64,000 nucleotides of DNA from Vicinamibacteria bacterium (GTDB lineage Bacteria > Acidobacteriota > Vicinamibacteria > Marinacidobacterales > Marinacidobacteraceae), in assembly GCA_963668695.2 (NCBI GenBank), contig CAXXLQ010000004.1, positions 3,616,001-3,680,000 on the forward strand. Reading direction: 5' to 3'. Below the pieces are notes generated by a model. The model made no database searches. It saw nothing but the letters and a program-made list of their open reading frames with translations, and was not told the origin of the DNA. A program made the translations under genes and the position numbers. Position 1 is the stretch's first letter. Every line of letters starts with the position of its first letter. Below are positions 9,937 to 19,790 of this stretch, one piece after another.

Positions 9937-10161
9937 CAGCCCGTGGTGAAAGCACCCCGCACGAGCCCCAGGAGGTCGCGCGCGGCGAATCCGTCGGTTT
10001 GTGTGCGTGCGGGGCGCTTTCCCCACGGGTTGGTGGTGCGAATCGCTGCGCGATTCGCACCACCGTCTTTCGTGGGGAGGGGAAACCCCTCCCCACACCC
10101 CACCCCCGCGGCGCTGCGCGCCGCGAATGGATGCCTTCCGGGTTTCACCACAGGCTGCTAA
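9933..10161. mobile_element. Second element with the same termini but unrelated interior (copy B)
   Basis: CTAA-CAGCCCGTGGTGAAA...TTTCACCACAGGCTG-CTAA; internal palindromes GGTGGTGCGAATCGC..GCGATTCGCACCACC and GGGGAGGGGAAACCCCTCCCC. Confidence 0.7.
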
Positions 10162-10595
10162 CGCCGTTTCTCCCGCAGCCGGGCTGCCTTTCCCTTGCGC
10201 TCGCGCAGGAAATAGAGCTTGGCGCGCCGCACATGGTGTGAACGGATGACCTCCACCTTCGCCACCAGGGGCGAATGGAGCGGGAAGATCCGCTCGACGG
10301 CGACCCCGAAGGAGGTCTTGCGGACCGTGATCGTGCGGCGGTTTCCACCGTGCTTCATCGCGATCAGGATTCCCTCGAAAATCTGGATCCGCTCCCGGTC
10401 CCCTTCACGGATCGTCGCATGGACCCGAACCGCATCTCCCGGATGGAGGTCCGGTCGGTCCGCCTTCAGATCGGCGGCCTCCAGTTCCCGGATGACTTCG
10501 GCTGCCGGTTTGACCCGGGAGGGCTGATCTTCCGCGGAGACCGCCAGGGCGCTCTCTTCGGGTCCGTCCGCGGTCGGTTGCTCGCTCACACTCAT
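10158..10595 (-). CDS. rplS: 50S ribosomal protein L19
   Basis: PGDAVRVHATIREGDRERIQIFEG...VRKTSFGVAVERIFPLHSP...VRRAKLYFLR. Confidence 0.97.
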   Translation of the reverse strand: MSVSEQPTADGPEESALAVSAEDQPSRVKPAAEVIRELEAADLKADRPDLHPGDAVRVHATIREGDRERIQIFEGILIAMKHGGNRRTITVRKTSFGVAVERIFPLHSPLVAKVEVIRSHHVRRAKLYFLRERKGKAARLREKRR

Positions 10596-11332
10596 GATGG
10601 TTTCTCCTTCGTATCTGGATTCGACTTCCGGGCCGCGTCTCTTTCTCCGGCAAACGCCCGGAACAAGTCGGGGCGGCGGCTTCTGGTCAGCTCTACGGAC
10701 TGTTCCCGGCGGAACTGGCGAACCGCCTCGTGGTTCCCCGAAAGGAGCACCGGAGGCACTTCCTGGCCCCGGAAGACCGGGGGACGGGTGTAATGGGCGT
10801 GTTCCAGCAAACCCGTGACGAACGACTCGTCGACAACGGATTCGGAGTCGCCCACGGCCCCGGGGATCAGGCGGGCCACGGCGTCCACGACGACCATTGC
10901 CGGAATCTCCCCGCCCGAGAGGACGTAGTCTCCAACCGAGACCTCCTCCGCTTCGGTCAGCGCGGCAAAGCGTTCGTCCACACCTTCGTACCGCCCGGCG
11001 ACCAGCAGTAGCCGCGGCTCCCGCGCGAGGTCGGCCACCAGGTCCTGGTCGAGCCGTCGGCCGCGCGGCGAGAACAGGATGACCCGGGGCTCTTCCGAGG
11101 CGAGCGCGCCGATCGCCTCCACCGCCTCGACGAGCGGTTCGACGCGCATCACCATTCCCGGCCCGCCACCGTAGGGGGCATCGTCGGCCCGCTGGAAGCG
11201 GCCCTCGGTCCAGTTCGTCAGCGCGTGCGTTTCGATGTGCAGGAGACCGGCCTGCCGCGCCCGCCGCACGATCCCGTGGTCGAAGACCTCCCGGAACATG
11301 CCGGGCAGCAGGCTCAGGATGTCAACGCGCAT
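10592..11332 (-). CDS. trmD: tRNA (guanine-N1)-methyltransferase
   Basis: DDAPYGGGPGMVM, GRYEGVDER, SVGDYVLSGGE, YTRP; ATG at 11332. Confidence 0.97.
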   Translation of the reverse strand: MRVDILSLLPGMFREVFDHGIVRRARQAGLLHIETHALTNWTEGRFQRADDAPYGGGPGMVMRVEPLVEAVEAIGALASEEPRVILFSPRGRRLDQDLVADLAREPRLLLVAGRYEGVDERFAALTEAEEVSVGDYVLSGGEIPAMVVVDAVARLIPGAVGDSESVVDESFVTGLLEHAHYTRPPVFRGQEVPPVLLSGNHEAVRQFRREQSVELTRSRRPDLFRAFAGERDAARKSNPDTKEKPS

Positions 11333-11972
11333 TGCTGTCGGTCGGGTTGTTGAGCCCCAAAAGTCCCTGAGGGATGTTGAGAACCACCCGCCCGGTTGTT
11401 TTTCCGGTGGGCGGTTCGACCAGGACGCAGAGGGCTTCGACGAAGGGGATGAGGTCTTCCGAACCGTCGGGGCCGCGCAGGACGAGGAGAGTGGGGCCGG
11501 CGGTGTCGAGGGTGTCCACGATCTCGCCGAGGTGGACTCCTTCCTCGCTTTCGGCCTTGCAGCCGACGAGCTGGTCGGAGTAGTAGCGGCCCTCCGGGAG
11601 GGGCGCCCGCTCGGCATCAGGGATGCGGACTTCCATCCCCCGGAGAGTTTCGGCGGAGGTGATGTCGCTCATCCCTTCGAACAGGATCACCGGACGTCCC
11701 TTGTGGATGCGCACCGAATCGAGGGAACGCCGGGTTCCCGGCCGTCCCGAGGGACCGACTTCGGCGTTTTCGATTTCGAGGAAACGGCCGGGATCGTCGG
11801 TCAGCGGCTGGACGAAGACTTCCCCGCGCCGGCCGAACGGCCGGACGACCTGACCGACTACAACGTCGACGGTGGCGTCATCTCCTGCATCCCGGATTCC
11901 GCCCTCCCGGGAATCCGGGATAGCGGTCCGCGCCTCGGGCACGAGCCCGGATGACGATGTGCCGGAAGCCAT
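11322..11972 (-). CDS. rimM: 16S rRNA processing protein RimM
   Basis: VGQVVRPFGRRGEV..TDDPGRF; LPEGRYYSDQLVG; LIPFV; operon position. Confidence 0.92.
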   Translation of the reverse strand: MASGTSSSGLVPEARTAIPDSREGGIRDAGDDATVDVVVGQVVRPFGRRGEVFVQPLTDDPGRFLEIENAEVGPSGRPGTRRSLDSVRIHKGRPVILFEGMSDITSAETLRGMEVRIPDAERAPLPEGRYYSDQLVGCKAESEEGVHLGEIVDTLDTAGPTLLVLRGPDGSEDLIPFVEALCVLVEPPTGKTTGRVVLNIPQGLLGLNNPTDSNAR

Positions 11973-11977
11973 GATCG

Positions 11978-12180
11978 CTAGCGGCCGGTGGACAAAGTCA
12001 CGTCAGCACCGAGACCGGCCAGTTCTCCCGGTGGGGGCGAGGCGCCCGGCTGACAAGGCGCGCGAGGGAGGAATACCGAGTGTATTTCGACCGAAGCGCA
12101 ACGATGAGCGCCTCGCAGAGGCGCGGTTCAGCCGGGATGGATCGCCGGTCGAATGCAGCGTGACTTTGTGCACCGGTGGC
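11978..12180. mobile_element. Hairpin MITE-like element, copy C (degenerate right end)
   Basis: CTAG-CGGCCGGTGGACAAAGTCACG...CGTGACTTTGTGCACCGG; conserved CAAGGCGCG core. Confidence 0.75.
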
Positions 12181-12364
12181 TTGGTCTCCTGGTCACGCTC
12201 GCCTTGGGGGAGTGGATTGTGTCGGCTGCCTGTGATTCGTGTGCTCGTGATCTGCGGGCGGCGAAGGGCCCCGCAGGGGGAACGGCCCCGCAGGAGCCGT
12301 CAGTCTGAATCCCCGGAGGATTCAGCGCTGCCGGCCGCAGGCGCCGCTTCCGGCCGCGAAACGC

Positions 12365-12697
12365 TTATGCGGATTCGTTGGATCCGGACTTCCCGGACCC
12401 GTTTCCTTCAGTTTGGTCTTCTTCGGCTGGGTTTTCTTCGGATTGGGCGGGCTCGGCGAGCACTTTCTTCAGAAAGCTCTTGACCGTGAGACTCGGCTGC
12501 GCCCCGTGCCCGAGCCAGTAGCGGGCGCGGTCGGCCTTGATGTGCAGCCGGTCTTCCGCATCGTTGGGCATGCGCGGGTGGTAGTAGCCAAGCGTCTCAA
12601 CAATGCGACCGACCCGTCCATGCACCGAATCCGACACGACCACCCGGAAATGGGCGTCGCGCTTCCGACCGGTGCGGGCAAGCCTGATGTTCAACAC
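12365..12697 (-). CDS. rpsP: 30S ribosomal protein S16
   Basis: LNIRLARTGRKRDAHFRVVVSDS..GRIVETLGYYHP..YWLGHGAQPS; GTG start inferred. Confidence 0.93.
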   Translation of the reverse strand: MLNIRLARTGRKRDAHFRVVVSDSVHGRVGRIVETLGYYHPRMPNDAEDRLHIKADRARYWLGHGAQPSLTVKSFLKKVLAEPAQSEENPAEEDQTEGNGSGKSGSNESA

Positions 12698-12789
12698 GGA
12701 GAAGAGCCTCGATTCTGGAAAAAGCCGCCGCCGACGGCTGCTCCGAAGGTCGGAAGGGTAGGCCGAACCCACCTTCCAGTCAAGGTCAT

Positions 12790-13743
12790 TCAGATACCCA
12801 GGTCACGCAGAATTCCAGGATTGTCCCGCCATTTCGCCCGGACTTTCACCTGCAGATCGAGAAAAACCTGACGGCCGATCCGTTTTTCGATACGCCCGCG
12901 CGCCTCGGTGCCGATTCGCTTCAGCATCTGGCCTCCCCGGCCGATCACGATCCCCTTCTGGGAGTCCCGATCCAGGAGCAGCGAGGCCGCGATGCGGACC
13001 AGGGGGCCGGAATCGTCGTACTCCTCGATCCGGACCGCGGCGGCGTGCGGGACCTCCTGATGGAGGTTCTCGAGCATCCGCTCGCGGACGATCTCCGACG
13101 CGAAGAAGGCTTCCGGAAGATCGGTGATCTGGCCGTCGGGATAGAGGGGAGGACTGAAGGGAAGACGCGCCGTGAGCGTTCCGACCAGCGAGTCGGCCGC
13201 GCTGTCCCCCTGCCCCCGGTCTTCGGGGTCTTCCATATTCGTTCCGGTGCGCGCCGAGAACGCCACCACCGGACCCAGCTGCTGCTCCCGGTAGAACGCT
13301 TCGAGTTCCCCGCGCCGGAGACGGGGCGCCGCGTCGATCTTGTTGATGCCGATCACCCGGGGACCGGGAAAACCCTCCAGCCGGCGAAGGAGATCCCGGT
13401 CGGCGTCGGAGAGAGCCCGGGTTCCGTCCACGACCGCGAGCGCCACGTCCGCTCCCCCGAGACTCTGGGTCACCGTCCGCATCATCGCCCGGCCGAGGCC
13501 GGTCCGGGGCCGGTGGATTCCCGGGGTGTCCAGCAGGATCAGCTCCAACCCCGGGCGGCGGGCGACGCCGAGGATGCGGCGCCGGGTGGTCTGGGGCTTC
13601 TTGTGGACCGCCGCCAGCCGTTCCCCGACCAGGCGGTTCAGAAGGGTGGATTTCCCGGCGCCCGGCAGCCCGACCACCGCCACGAAGCCGGCGCGGTGTT
13701 CGGGGTTTTCCAGCGGGCCCGGTTCAGACGGTAAGGAGGTCAA
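12790..13743 (-). CDS. era: GTPase Era
   Basis: GFVAVVGLPGAGKSTLLN, KPQTTR, DTPG, NKID, SQKGIVIGRGG KH domain. Confidence 0.95.
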   Translation of the reverse strand: MTSLPSEPGPLENPEHRAGFVAVVGLPGAGKSTLLNRLVGERLAAVHKKPQTTRRRILGVARRPGLELILLDTPGIHRPRTGLGRAMMRTVTQSLGGADVALAVVDGTRALSDADRDLLRRLEGFPGPRVIGINKIDAAPRLRRGELEAFYREQQLGPVVAFSARTGTNMEDPEDRGQGDSAADSLVGTLTARLPFSPPLYPDGQITDLPEAFFASEIVRERMLENLHQEVPHAAAVRIEEYDDSGPLVRIAASLLLDRDSQKGIVIGRGGQMLKRIGTEARGRIEKRIGRQVFLDLQVKVRAKWRDNPGILRDLGI

Positions 13744-14440
13744 TTAACAGCCTGTAGTGGAACCCGGGTGAGCGCCGAGAGCGGGGAGGCCCAGTTCTCC
13801 CGGTGGGGGTCCGGCTGACAAGGCGCGTGAGGGAGGAGCCCCCACCGGGAGAACTGGCCCGAGTGTATTTCGACCGAAACGCAACGCAGAGCGCCGCGCA
13901 GCGGCGCGGGTAACAGCCTGTGGTGGAACCCGGGTGAGCGCCGAGGTTGGCCAGTCCTCCCGGTGGGGGCGAGACGCCCGGCTGACAAGGCGCGTGAGAG
14001 AGGAGCCCCCACCGGGAGAACTGGCCCGGGTGTATTTCGACCGAAACGCAACGATGAGCGGCGCGCAGCGACGCGGGTAACAGCCGGTGGTGGAACCCGG
14101 GTGAGCGCCGAGGTTGGCCAGTCCTCCCGGTGGGGGCGAGACGCCCGGCTGACAAGGCGCGTGAGAGAGGAGCCCCACCGGGAGAACTGGCCCGGGTGTA
14201 TTTCGACCGAAACGCAACGATGAGCGGCGCGCAGCGACGCGGTCAGCCGGGATGGATCGCCGGCCGAACGCCGCGTGGGTTTCGTCACCGGCTGTTTGCC
14301 CGGGATGGATCGCCGGCCGAGCCCCCACCGGGAGAACTGGGCCGCGTGGGTTCCACCACCGGCTGTTTGGCCGGGATGCATCGCCGCTCGAGCCCCCACC
14401 GGGAGAACTGGGCCGCCTGGGTCTCACCACAGGCTGTTAG
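13744..14440. mobile_element. Triple-nested hairpin MITE-like locus (L-L-L-R-R-R)
   Basis: Left arms start at 13748, 13914, 14081; right arms end at 14294, 14365, 14436; outer flanks TTAA/TTAG. Confidence 0.8.
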
Positions 14441-15660
14441 CCTCTCCCAACTCGCGCCAGGCGGACGCGGTGGATCCGCCGCTCGTCGGCCTCGAGGATC
14501 TCGATGCGGAGGCCGTCGTGCTCGATCGCTTCGCCGGGCGCCGGAATCTTCCGGAAGGCCGCGAGCGCGAAACCGGAGATGGTGTCGAAGGCGGCGCCAT
14601 TCAGGGAGTCGGGGAGCAGCAGCCCCGTCACCCGTGAAATCTCATCGAGTTCCGCCCCGCCGCGAACCCGGAAGACGCCATCCGCCTCGCGCACCAGGTC
14701 CTCTTCCAGAGGCTCGTCCTCCTCGTGGACCTCACCCACGATTTCCTCCGAGATGTCACGAAGCGTCACGATGCCCGAAACACTGGCGTGTTCGTCCACA
14801 ACCACCGCGAATGTCTGCTTGGAGAGCTTGAACTCGCGCAGCATTTCGTCCACCCGTTTGGTCTCCGGCACCACGGGCACGTCCCGGAGCAGCGGAGCGA
14901 GTCCCTGGCGGTCTCCGGGTACGGCGATCAGGTCCACGGCATCCACCACCCCCACCACCTGGTCGGCGGCGCCGAAGACCGGAATCCGGTGGTGCCGGCT
15001 GTCGGCGATGAGACGCTCGACCTCCTGCCGCGAGGCCTCGGCGGACACCGAGACGACGTTCGGCCGCGGCGTCATCACCTCGCGCACCAGCATTTCGTCC
15101 AGCTCCAGAACGCCGCGCACCATCGCCGCCTCTTCTTCTTCGAGGATCCCCTCTTCCTCGCCGGTTTCGAGAAAGGCCTCCACCTCCTCGTCCGAAGCTT
15201 CGTCGTCCGGCTCCGAGGGGAGCGGGAAACCGCGCCGCAAGAGGTTGCGGAACGGCTCGGCGAAGGGGCGGACGAGCCGTTCCCAGCGGCCGAACCAGGG
15301 CAGGAGCGGAAGCAGCACGTCTTCCGGGTCGCGCAGCAGGATGGCGGCAGGAACCAGTTCCCGGAGGATGAACCACGCCGGGACGAAGACGCCGAAGGTC
15401 CACAGGAGGCCCGTAGCGCCGAAACCCATCCGATCGAGCACGAAGCCGAGGAGCGCGCCGGCCATCAGGAGACCGAAACGAGCCGGGATGAGCACCACGA
15501 GCGGGTCCGCCAGGCGTTCCCGCAGCGTGCGCGCTTCCTCGACGCTTTCGCCGAGAGCCCGGACCGCGATGGGGCTGGACGCGAAGAACGCGATCTCGAA
15601 GAGGGCGAAGAGAACGACGAGGAGGCCGGCGACCAGCAGGAGCGCGAACCAGAGGACCAT
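14437..15660 (-). CDS. Hemolysin/CNNM family protein (DUF21 + CBS pair + CorC_HlyC)
   Basis: N-terminal TM segments; VREVMTPR, VPETKRVDEMLREF, AVVVDE..GIVTL.D..EEIVGE, DTISGF. Confidence 0.9.
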   Translation of the reverse strand: MVLWFALLLVAGLLVVLFALFEIAFFASSPIAVRALGESVEEARTLRERLADPLVVLIPARFGLLMAGALLGFVLDRMGFGATGLLWTFGVFVPAWFILRELVPAAILLRDPEDVLLPLLPWFGRWERLVRPFAEPFRNLLRRGFPLPSEPDDEASDEEVEAFLETGEEEGILEEEEAAMVRGVLELDEMLVREVMTPRPNVVSVSAEASRQEVERLIADSRHHRIPVFGAADQVVGVVDAVDLIAVPGDRQGLAPLLRDVPVVPETKRVDEMLREFKLSKQTFAVVVDEHASVSGIVTLRDISEEIVGEVHEEDEPLEEDLVREADGVFRVRGGAELDEISRVTGLLLPDSLNGAAFDTISGFALAAFRKIPAPGEAIEHDGLRIEILEADERRIHRVRLARVGRG

Positions 15661-15663
15661 GGG

Positions 15664-15904
15664 TTAGCAGCCTGTGGACAAGGTGGCGTGAGCGCCGAGA
15701 GCGGTGAGGCCCAGTTCTCCCGGTGGGGGTCCGGCTGACAAGGCGCGCGAGGGAGGAGCCCCCACCGGGAGAACTGGCCCGAGTGTATTTCGACTGAAGC
15801 GCAACGATGAGCGAAGCGATGCGAAGCGTTTCAGCCGGGATGCATCGGCGCTCGAGCCCCCACCGGGAGAACTGGGCCGCGTCACTTTGTTCACAGGCTG
15901 TTAA
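15664..15904. mobile_element. Hairpin MITE-like element, copy E
   Basis: TTAG-CAGCCTGTGGACAAGGTGGCG...CGTCACTTTGTTCACAGGCTG-TTAA; right flank is the ybeY stop. Confidence 0.8.
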
Positions 15905-16362
15905 TTCCGGAGCAGTCCGTGCCGTAATCGGAGCACGCGCTCGAGTCTCTCCATCTCGCCGCGGTCCTGCTCGTGGTCGTATCCGAGGAGGTGCAGGTAG
16001 CCGTGAACCGCCAGGACGCGGAGTTCGTCGTCGAGTCCGACGCCCGCTTCCTGCGCCTGACGCGCAGCGGTGTCCGCGGAAACCACCAGATCCCCGAGGT
16101 ACTCCGCCTCGTCCTCGCCCAGGAACTCCGAAGGCACGGGATCCGCCGGAAAGGCGAGCACGTCCGTCGGGCGATCCTTGTCGCGGAAGCGGCGATTCAG
16201 TTCCCGGATCTTCCGGTCCGAGACGATCCGGAGGGTGGCGGCGCGATGATCCCCCGGCGCCACGTCCGCGGCGATTCGTTCGAGGAAGGCGGAAAGCTCC
16301 CGCGGGTCCACTGCGAAACGGCGCTGGCGGTTTTGCACTGCGAACCGCGCGGGAGGGCTCAC
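15901..16362 (-). CDS. ybeY: rRNA maturation RNase YbeY
   Basis: LNRRFRDKDRPTDVLAF, LGDLVVS, HGYLHLLGYDH. Confidence 0.93.
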   Translation of the reverse strand: MSPPARFAVQNRQRRFAVDPRELSAFLERIAADVAPGDHRAATLRIVSDRKIRELNRRFRDKDRPTDVLAFPADPVPSEFLGEDEAEYLGDLVVSADTAARQAQEAGVGLDDELRVLAVHGYLHLLGYDHEQDRGEMERLERVLRLRHGLLRN

Positions 16363-16417
16363 GGGTTCCGTACGGTGGTGGGCGACGAAGCTGGAAACGC
16401 GGCGGCCGGGCGGGGCG

Positions 16418-18730
16418 TCATGAGAGCGATGGGCCGAACCCGGGCCCTCCGCCGGCAGCGGGCAGTGCCGGACCGGGGGCCGGAGTTCCCGCACGCTGCC
16501 GTCTCCCGAAGTCGAATCCCGGGTAGGGCACCCGCTCGTGATGGATCCCCTGCAGGCTCGAAAGGAAGCTCTCGCGGATGCGGACCATATCGCCGAGCGT
16601 CAGATCGCATTCGACCAGTTGATCGTCATCGACGATGGCGCCCATGATGCGATCGATCACCTCCTCGAACTCGGCGCCGGTCGGGTTCTTCAGGCTGCGG
16701 GCGGCGGCCTCGATGCTGTCGGCCATCATGATGATGGCTGTCTCGCGGGTCTGCGGGCGGGGGCCGGCGTAGCGGAACAGGCTCTCGTCGGCTTCGGAAC
16801 CGTTCTGGGCAGCCAGGGTCCGGGCTTTCTCGTAGAAGACACGAATGAGGCGGGTCCCGTGGTGTTGCGGGATCACGTCCACGATGTCCTTCGGGAGGTT
16901 CAGGCGCTCGGCGGCCTCGATTCCCTCGCTCACGTGCCTGCGGATGATGTCCGCGCTCTTTTCCGGGGGAAGGAGATCGTGGGGGGATTCACCGCGTATG
17001 TTCTCGATGAAGTACCCCGCCCGGTTCAGCTTGCCGATGTCGTGGTAGAGGGCGGCCGTCGCGCAGAAGGTCGAGTTGGCCCCGATGGCGTCGGCGGCGG
17101 ACTCGGAGAGCACCCCCACGGTCACGCTGTGCTGGTAGGTGCCGGGCGCGGTGAGCGCCAACTGGCGGAGGAGCGGGCTGTCGCGCTGCGACAACTCCAC
17201 GAGCCGCATCTCGCTGGTGCGCTCGAAGACGGTCTCCAGCACGGGCAGCAGCAGGATCACGAGAGGCCCGCAGAGGAGGCCGCCGGCAAAGGCGCTGACC
17301 GCTTCGAGGGACAACCGGGTCAGGCCGCCGAAGTCGCCGGTCACGAGTTCCATCGCGACGACCGGTCCGACTCCGAGGAGCCCGACCAGGGTCCCAACGC
17401 GCAGCAGTTGCGAGCGGCGTTCCGCAACCTGATAGATGAAGATCGCCCCAAATCCGGTCAGCAGGGCGAAGAGCCCCAGCTTCAGGTTGCCCGTCATGAG
17501 GGCCAGCGTCGCGGCAAAGAGCCCCTGGGTGATCACCGCCGACTGCTGCGTCTCCAGAATCACCACCAGCAGCGCCAGCGCGGCGAACGGAACGCCCCAC
17601 AGGTACACCAAGGGGTCGGAGAAGGGTTCACTCGCCAACTGGGCCGCGGCTCCGCGCCCGACGAAAGCGAGAACGCGCGTCAGGGTCAGGTGCAAGACGA
17701 TGAGAAAACCGCACATGGCGAATGCCTGACGTCCCCAGATCTCGTCCCGGCGGGCCGGAACCAGCAGCATCCCAAGCAGCACGACGACTGTGAGCGCGAA
17801 GACGATGGCGCCGACGCCGGCCCATCCGAAAGCTCCCACCCGCGGCGGGCGCATCCGCTCCATCTGGTAGCGGGCGAGTTCCGTTACCTCGTCGCCGGCG
17901 CGTACCAAGGTCCGACCGCGGCGCACCTGGATGAACACCGGATTCACCGACTGCTCGGCCTCCGTTCGGAGGTGGGTGGTCTCCACCGTATTCTGCTCCA
18001 GCGTGGGACGCATGAGTCTCGCCGCCAGCTCGCCGAGCGTCCGGCGGCGCGTCCGATTCAGTTCCGAGAGCGCGAGGATCTGCAGTTCGACCGCTCGCTG
18101 GGCTTCCTCCACCGAGAGCACGTTCGTGAAGTCGGCCAGCGGCTCGGTTTCGCCGCCTTGCGGATCGCGGCGCAGGATGGACCGGCCGAGCGCGGCGACC
18201 GCTCCCTTCTCCGCGAGGATGTCCCGCGCCAGCACGCTCGCCACCGTGTCGGCGAGGTTCTGCTCCATCTCCTCGGCGAACTCCAACTCCACCAGGAGCT
18301 GGAGCTGGGCCGCCGCGACTTCGATGCCGAGCATGCGGGCGAAGGTTTCGGGGAAGTCGGGTTCTCCCGCGATGTCGGATTCGACGGCCGCCCGCCCGAA
18401 TCCGAAACCGCGCGCGATCCGGGCGCGCGCCTCATCCCGGGCCTGGGAATCGAAGTCATAGACCTCGCGTACCTGCTCGACCGCTTCGCGCCGGCGTTCC
18501 TCCGTGGTGGCGGCGTCCTCGTAGGTGAAGTCCTCGGTGGCTCGCACGGTGCGCGGCGCGATCTCCCCCACCTCATAGAGGGGGGTCCGCAGCTCAAGTC
18601 CGGGCCAGATGAGAAGCCCGAGGGCCACCGCCAGGATGGCGGACACCACGCGGGTACGGGCGAACAGCCGATCCCGCTGCCGGAGCAGGAAGCTGCGCAG
18701 CGAGAAGTTCGCGAAGCGCCCCGTTTCCAT
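16418..18730 (-). CDS. 7TM-HD phosphohydrolase (PgpH-like, HDIG)
   Basis: Extracellular domain, TM block, APGTYQHS, YHDIGK, FIEN, QHHGT, FRYAGPRP, MMADSIEAA. Confidence 0.9.
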   Translation of the reverse strand: METGRFANFSLRSFLLRQRDRLFARTRVVSAILAVALGLLIWPGLELRTPLYEVGEIAPRTVRATEDFTYEDAATTEERRREAVEQVREVYDFDSQARDEARARIARGFGFGRAAVESDIAGEPDFPETFARMLGIEVAAAQLQLLVELEFAEEMEQNLADTVASVLARDILAEKGAVAALGRSILRRDPQGGETEPLADFTNVLSVEEAQRAVELQILALSELNRTRRRTLGELAARLMRPTLEQNTVETTHLRTEAEQSVNPVFIQVRRGRTLVRAGDEVTELARYQMERMRPPRVGAFGWAGVGAIVFALTVVVLLGMLLVPARRDEIWGRQAFAMCGFLIVLHLTLTRVLAFVGRGAAAQLASEPFSDPLVYLWGVPFAALALLVVILETQQSAVITQGLFAATLALMTGNLKLGLFALLTGFGAIFIYQVAERRSQLLRVGTLVGLLGVGPVVAMELVTGDFGGLTRLSLEAVSAFAGGLLCGPLVILLLPVLETVFERTSEMRLVELSQRDSPLLRQLALTAPGTYQHSVTVGVLSESAADAIGANSTFCATAALYHDIGKLNRAGYFIENIRGESPHDLLPPEKSADIIRRHVSEGIEAAERLNLPKDIVDVIPQHHGTRLIRVFYEKARTLAAQNGSEADESLFRYAGPRPQTRETAIIMMADSIEAAARSLKNPTGAEFEEVIDRIMGAIVDDDQLVECDLTLGDMVRIRESFLSSLQGIHHERVPYPGFDFGRRQRAGTPAPGPALPAAGGGPGFGPSLS

Positions 18731-18767
18731 CGTCGTCTTCCTGCTCAAAAGTCCAATCCTTCCAGAT

Positions 18768-19790
18768 TCAACGCGGTTCGGCGAATACCGGCGCGGGCTC
18801 GAATTCCTCGCTGCGCCGCGACCGCTTCCGGGCCTGGTCGCTCCGGGCCTGCTCGCTCCGGGCGTAGGCGCGGACGATCGCCTGCACGAGCCGGTGGCGC
18901 ACCACGTCGCTGTCTTCGAGCCGGACCAGACCCACTCCGTCGACGTTTCCGATCACCCCGAGGGACTCGACGAGCCCGCTCACCCGGCCCGGCGGGAGGT
19001 CGTTCTGGGTGATGTCTCCGGTCACCACGGCGCGCGTCCCGCTGCCCATGCGGGTCAGGAACATCTTCATCTGTTCCGAGGTGGTGTTTTGGGCCTCGTC
19101 GAGAATGATGAAAGCGTCGTTGAGCGTCCGCCCCCGCATGAAGGCGATCGGGGCGATCTCGATCACCCCCCGCTCCCGGAGCCGCTGCACCTTCTCGGCG
19201 TCCATCATGTCGTGGAGCGCGTCGTAGAGAGGGCGAAGATACGGGTCCACCTTGTCGATGACGTCGCCGGGAAGGAAGCCCAGCTTCTCGCCGGCCTCCA
19301 CCGCCGGCCGGGTGAGCACAATGCGCCGCACCTGCTGATTCCGGAGGGCCTCCACCGCCACCGCCATCGCGAGCCAGGTCTTGCCCGTTCCGGCCGGTCC
19401 GACCCCGAGGACAAGTTCCTTGGCGCGAAGAGCCCGGATGTACTCCAACTGGCGAAGGCTCCGAGGCCGCACGATCTTGCCCAGCGTGGGCGTGACGACG
19501 GTTTCCACGAAGTACTCGCGAAGTGAAGCGCCCGGATCCTGGCCCAGGATGCGGATGGCCGCGCGCAAGTCCCCGAACCGGTAGCGCTGGCCGAGATCGC
19601 GGTGGAGCGTCCCGAGCCCCTCGAGGGCGGTGCCGAGCAGGGCGATCCGGTCCTCCGGTCCTTCCGCGAGCAGGATGTCTCCCCGGCTCGCGAGCGTGAG
19701 GCCGAGGTCGTACTCGAGGGTGCGAAGGTTCCGGTCGCGGATACCGAAGAAGGAGAGTCCTCCTTCGCCGGGGATGGGAATTCGGGTCAT
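18768..19790 (-). CDS. phoH: PhoH-like ATPase
   Basis: GPAGTGKT, LTRPAVEAGEKLGFLPG, MRGRTL, DEAQN, VVRHRLV. Confidence 0.95.
   Translation of the reverse strand: MTRIPIPGEGGLSFFGIRDRNLRTLEYDLGLTLASRGDILLAEGPEDRIALLGTALEGLGTLHRDLGQRYRFGDLRAAIRILGQDPGASLREYFVETVVTPTLGKIVRPRSLRQLEYIRALRAKELVLGVGPAGTGKTWLAMAVAVEALRNQQVRRIVLTRPAVEAGEKLGFLPGDVIDKVDPYLRPLYDALHDMMDAEKVQRLRERGVIEIAPIAFMRGRTLNDAFIILDEAQNTTSEQMKMFLTRMGSGTRAVVTGDITQNDLPPGRVSGLVESLGVIGNVDGVGLVRLEDSDVVRHRLVQAIVRAYARSEQARSDQARKRSRRSEEFEPAPVFAEPR

Noticed and set aside
13744-14440. CRISPR array or protein-coding repeat ORFs (13724-14430)
   Set aside because: Units are ~167-bp and ~70-bp element halves with no unique spacers; the ORFs are read-throughs of the repeat, and similar peptides appear at every copy
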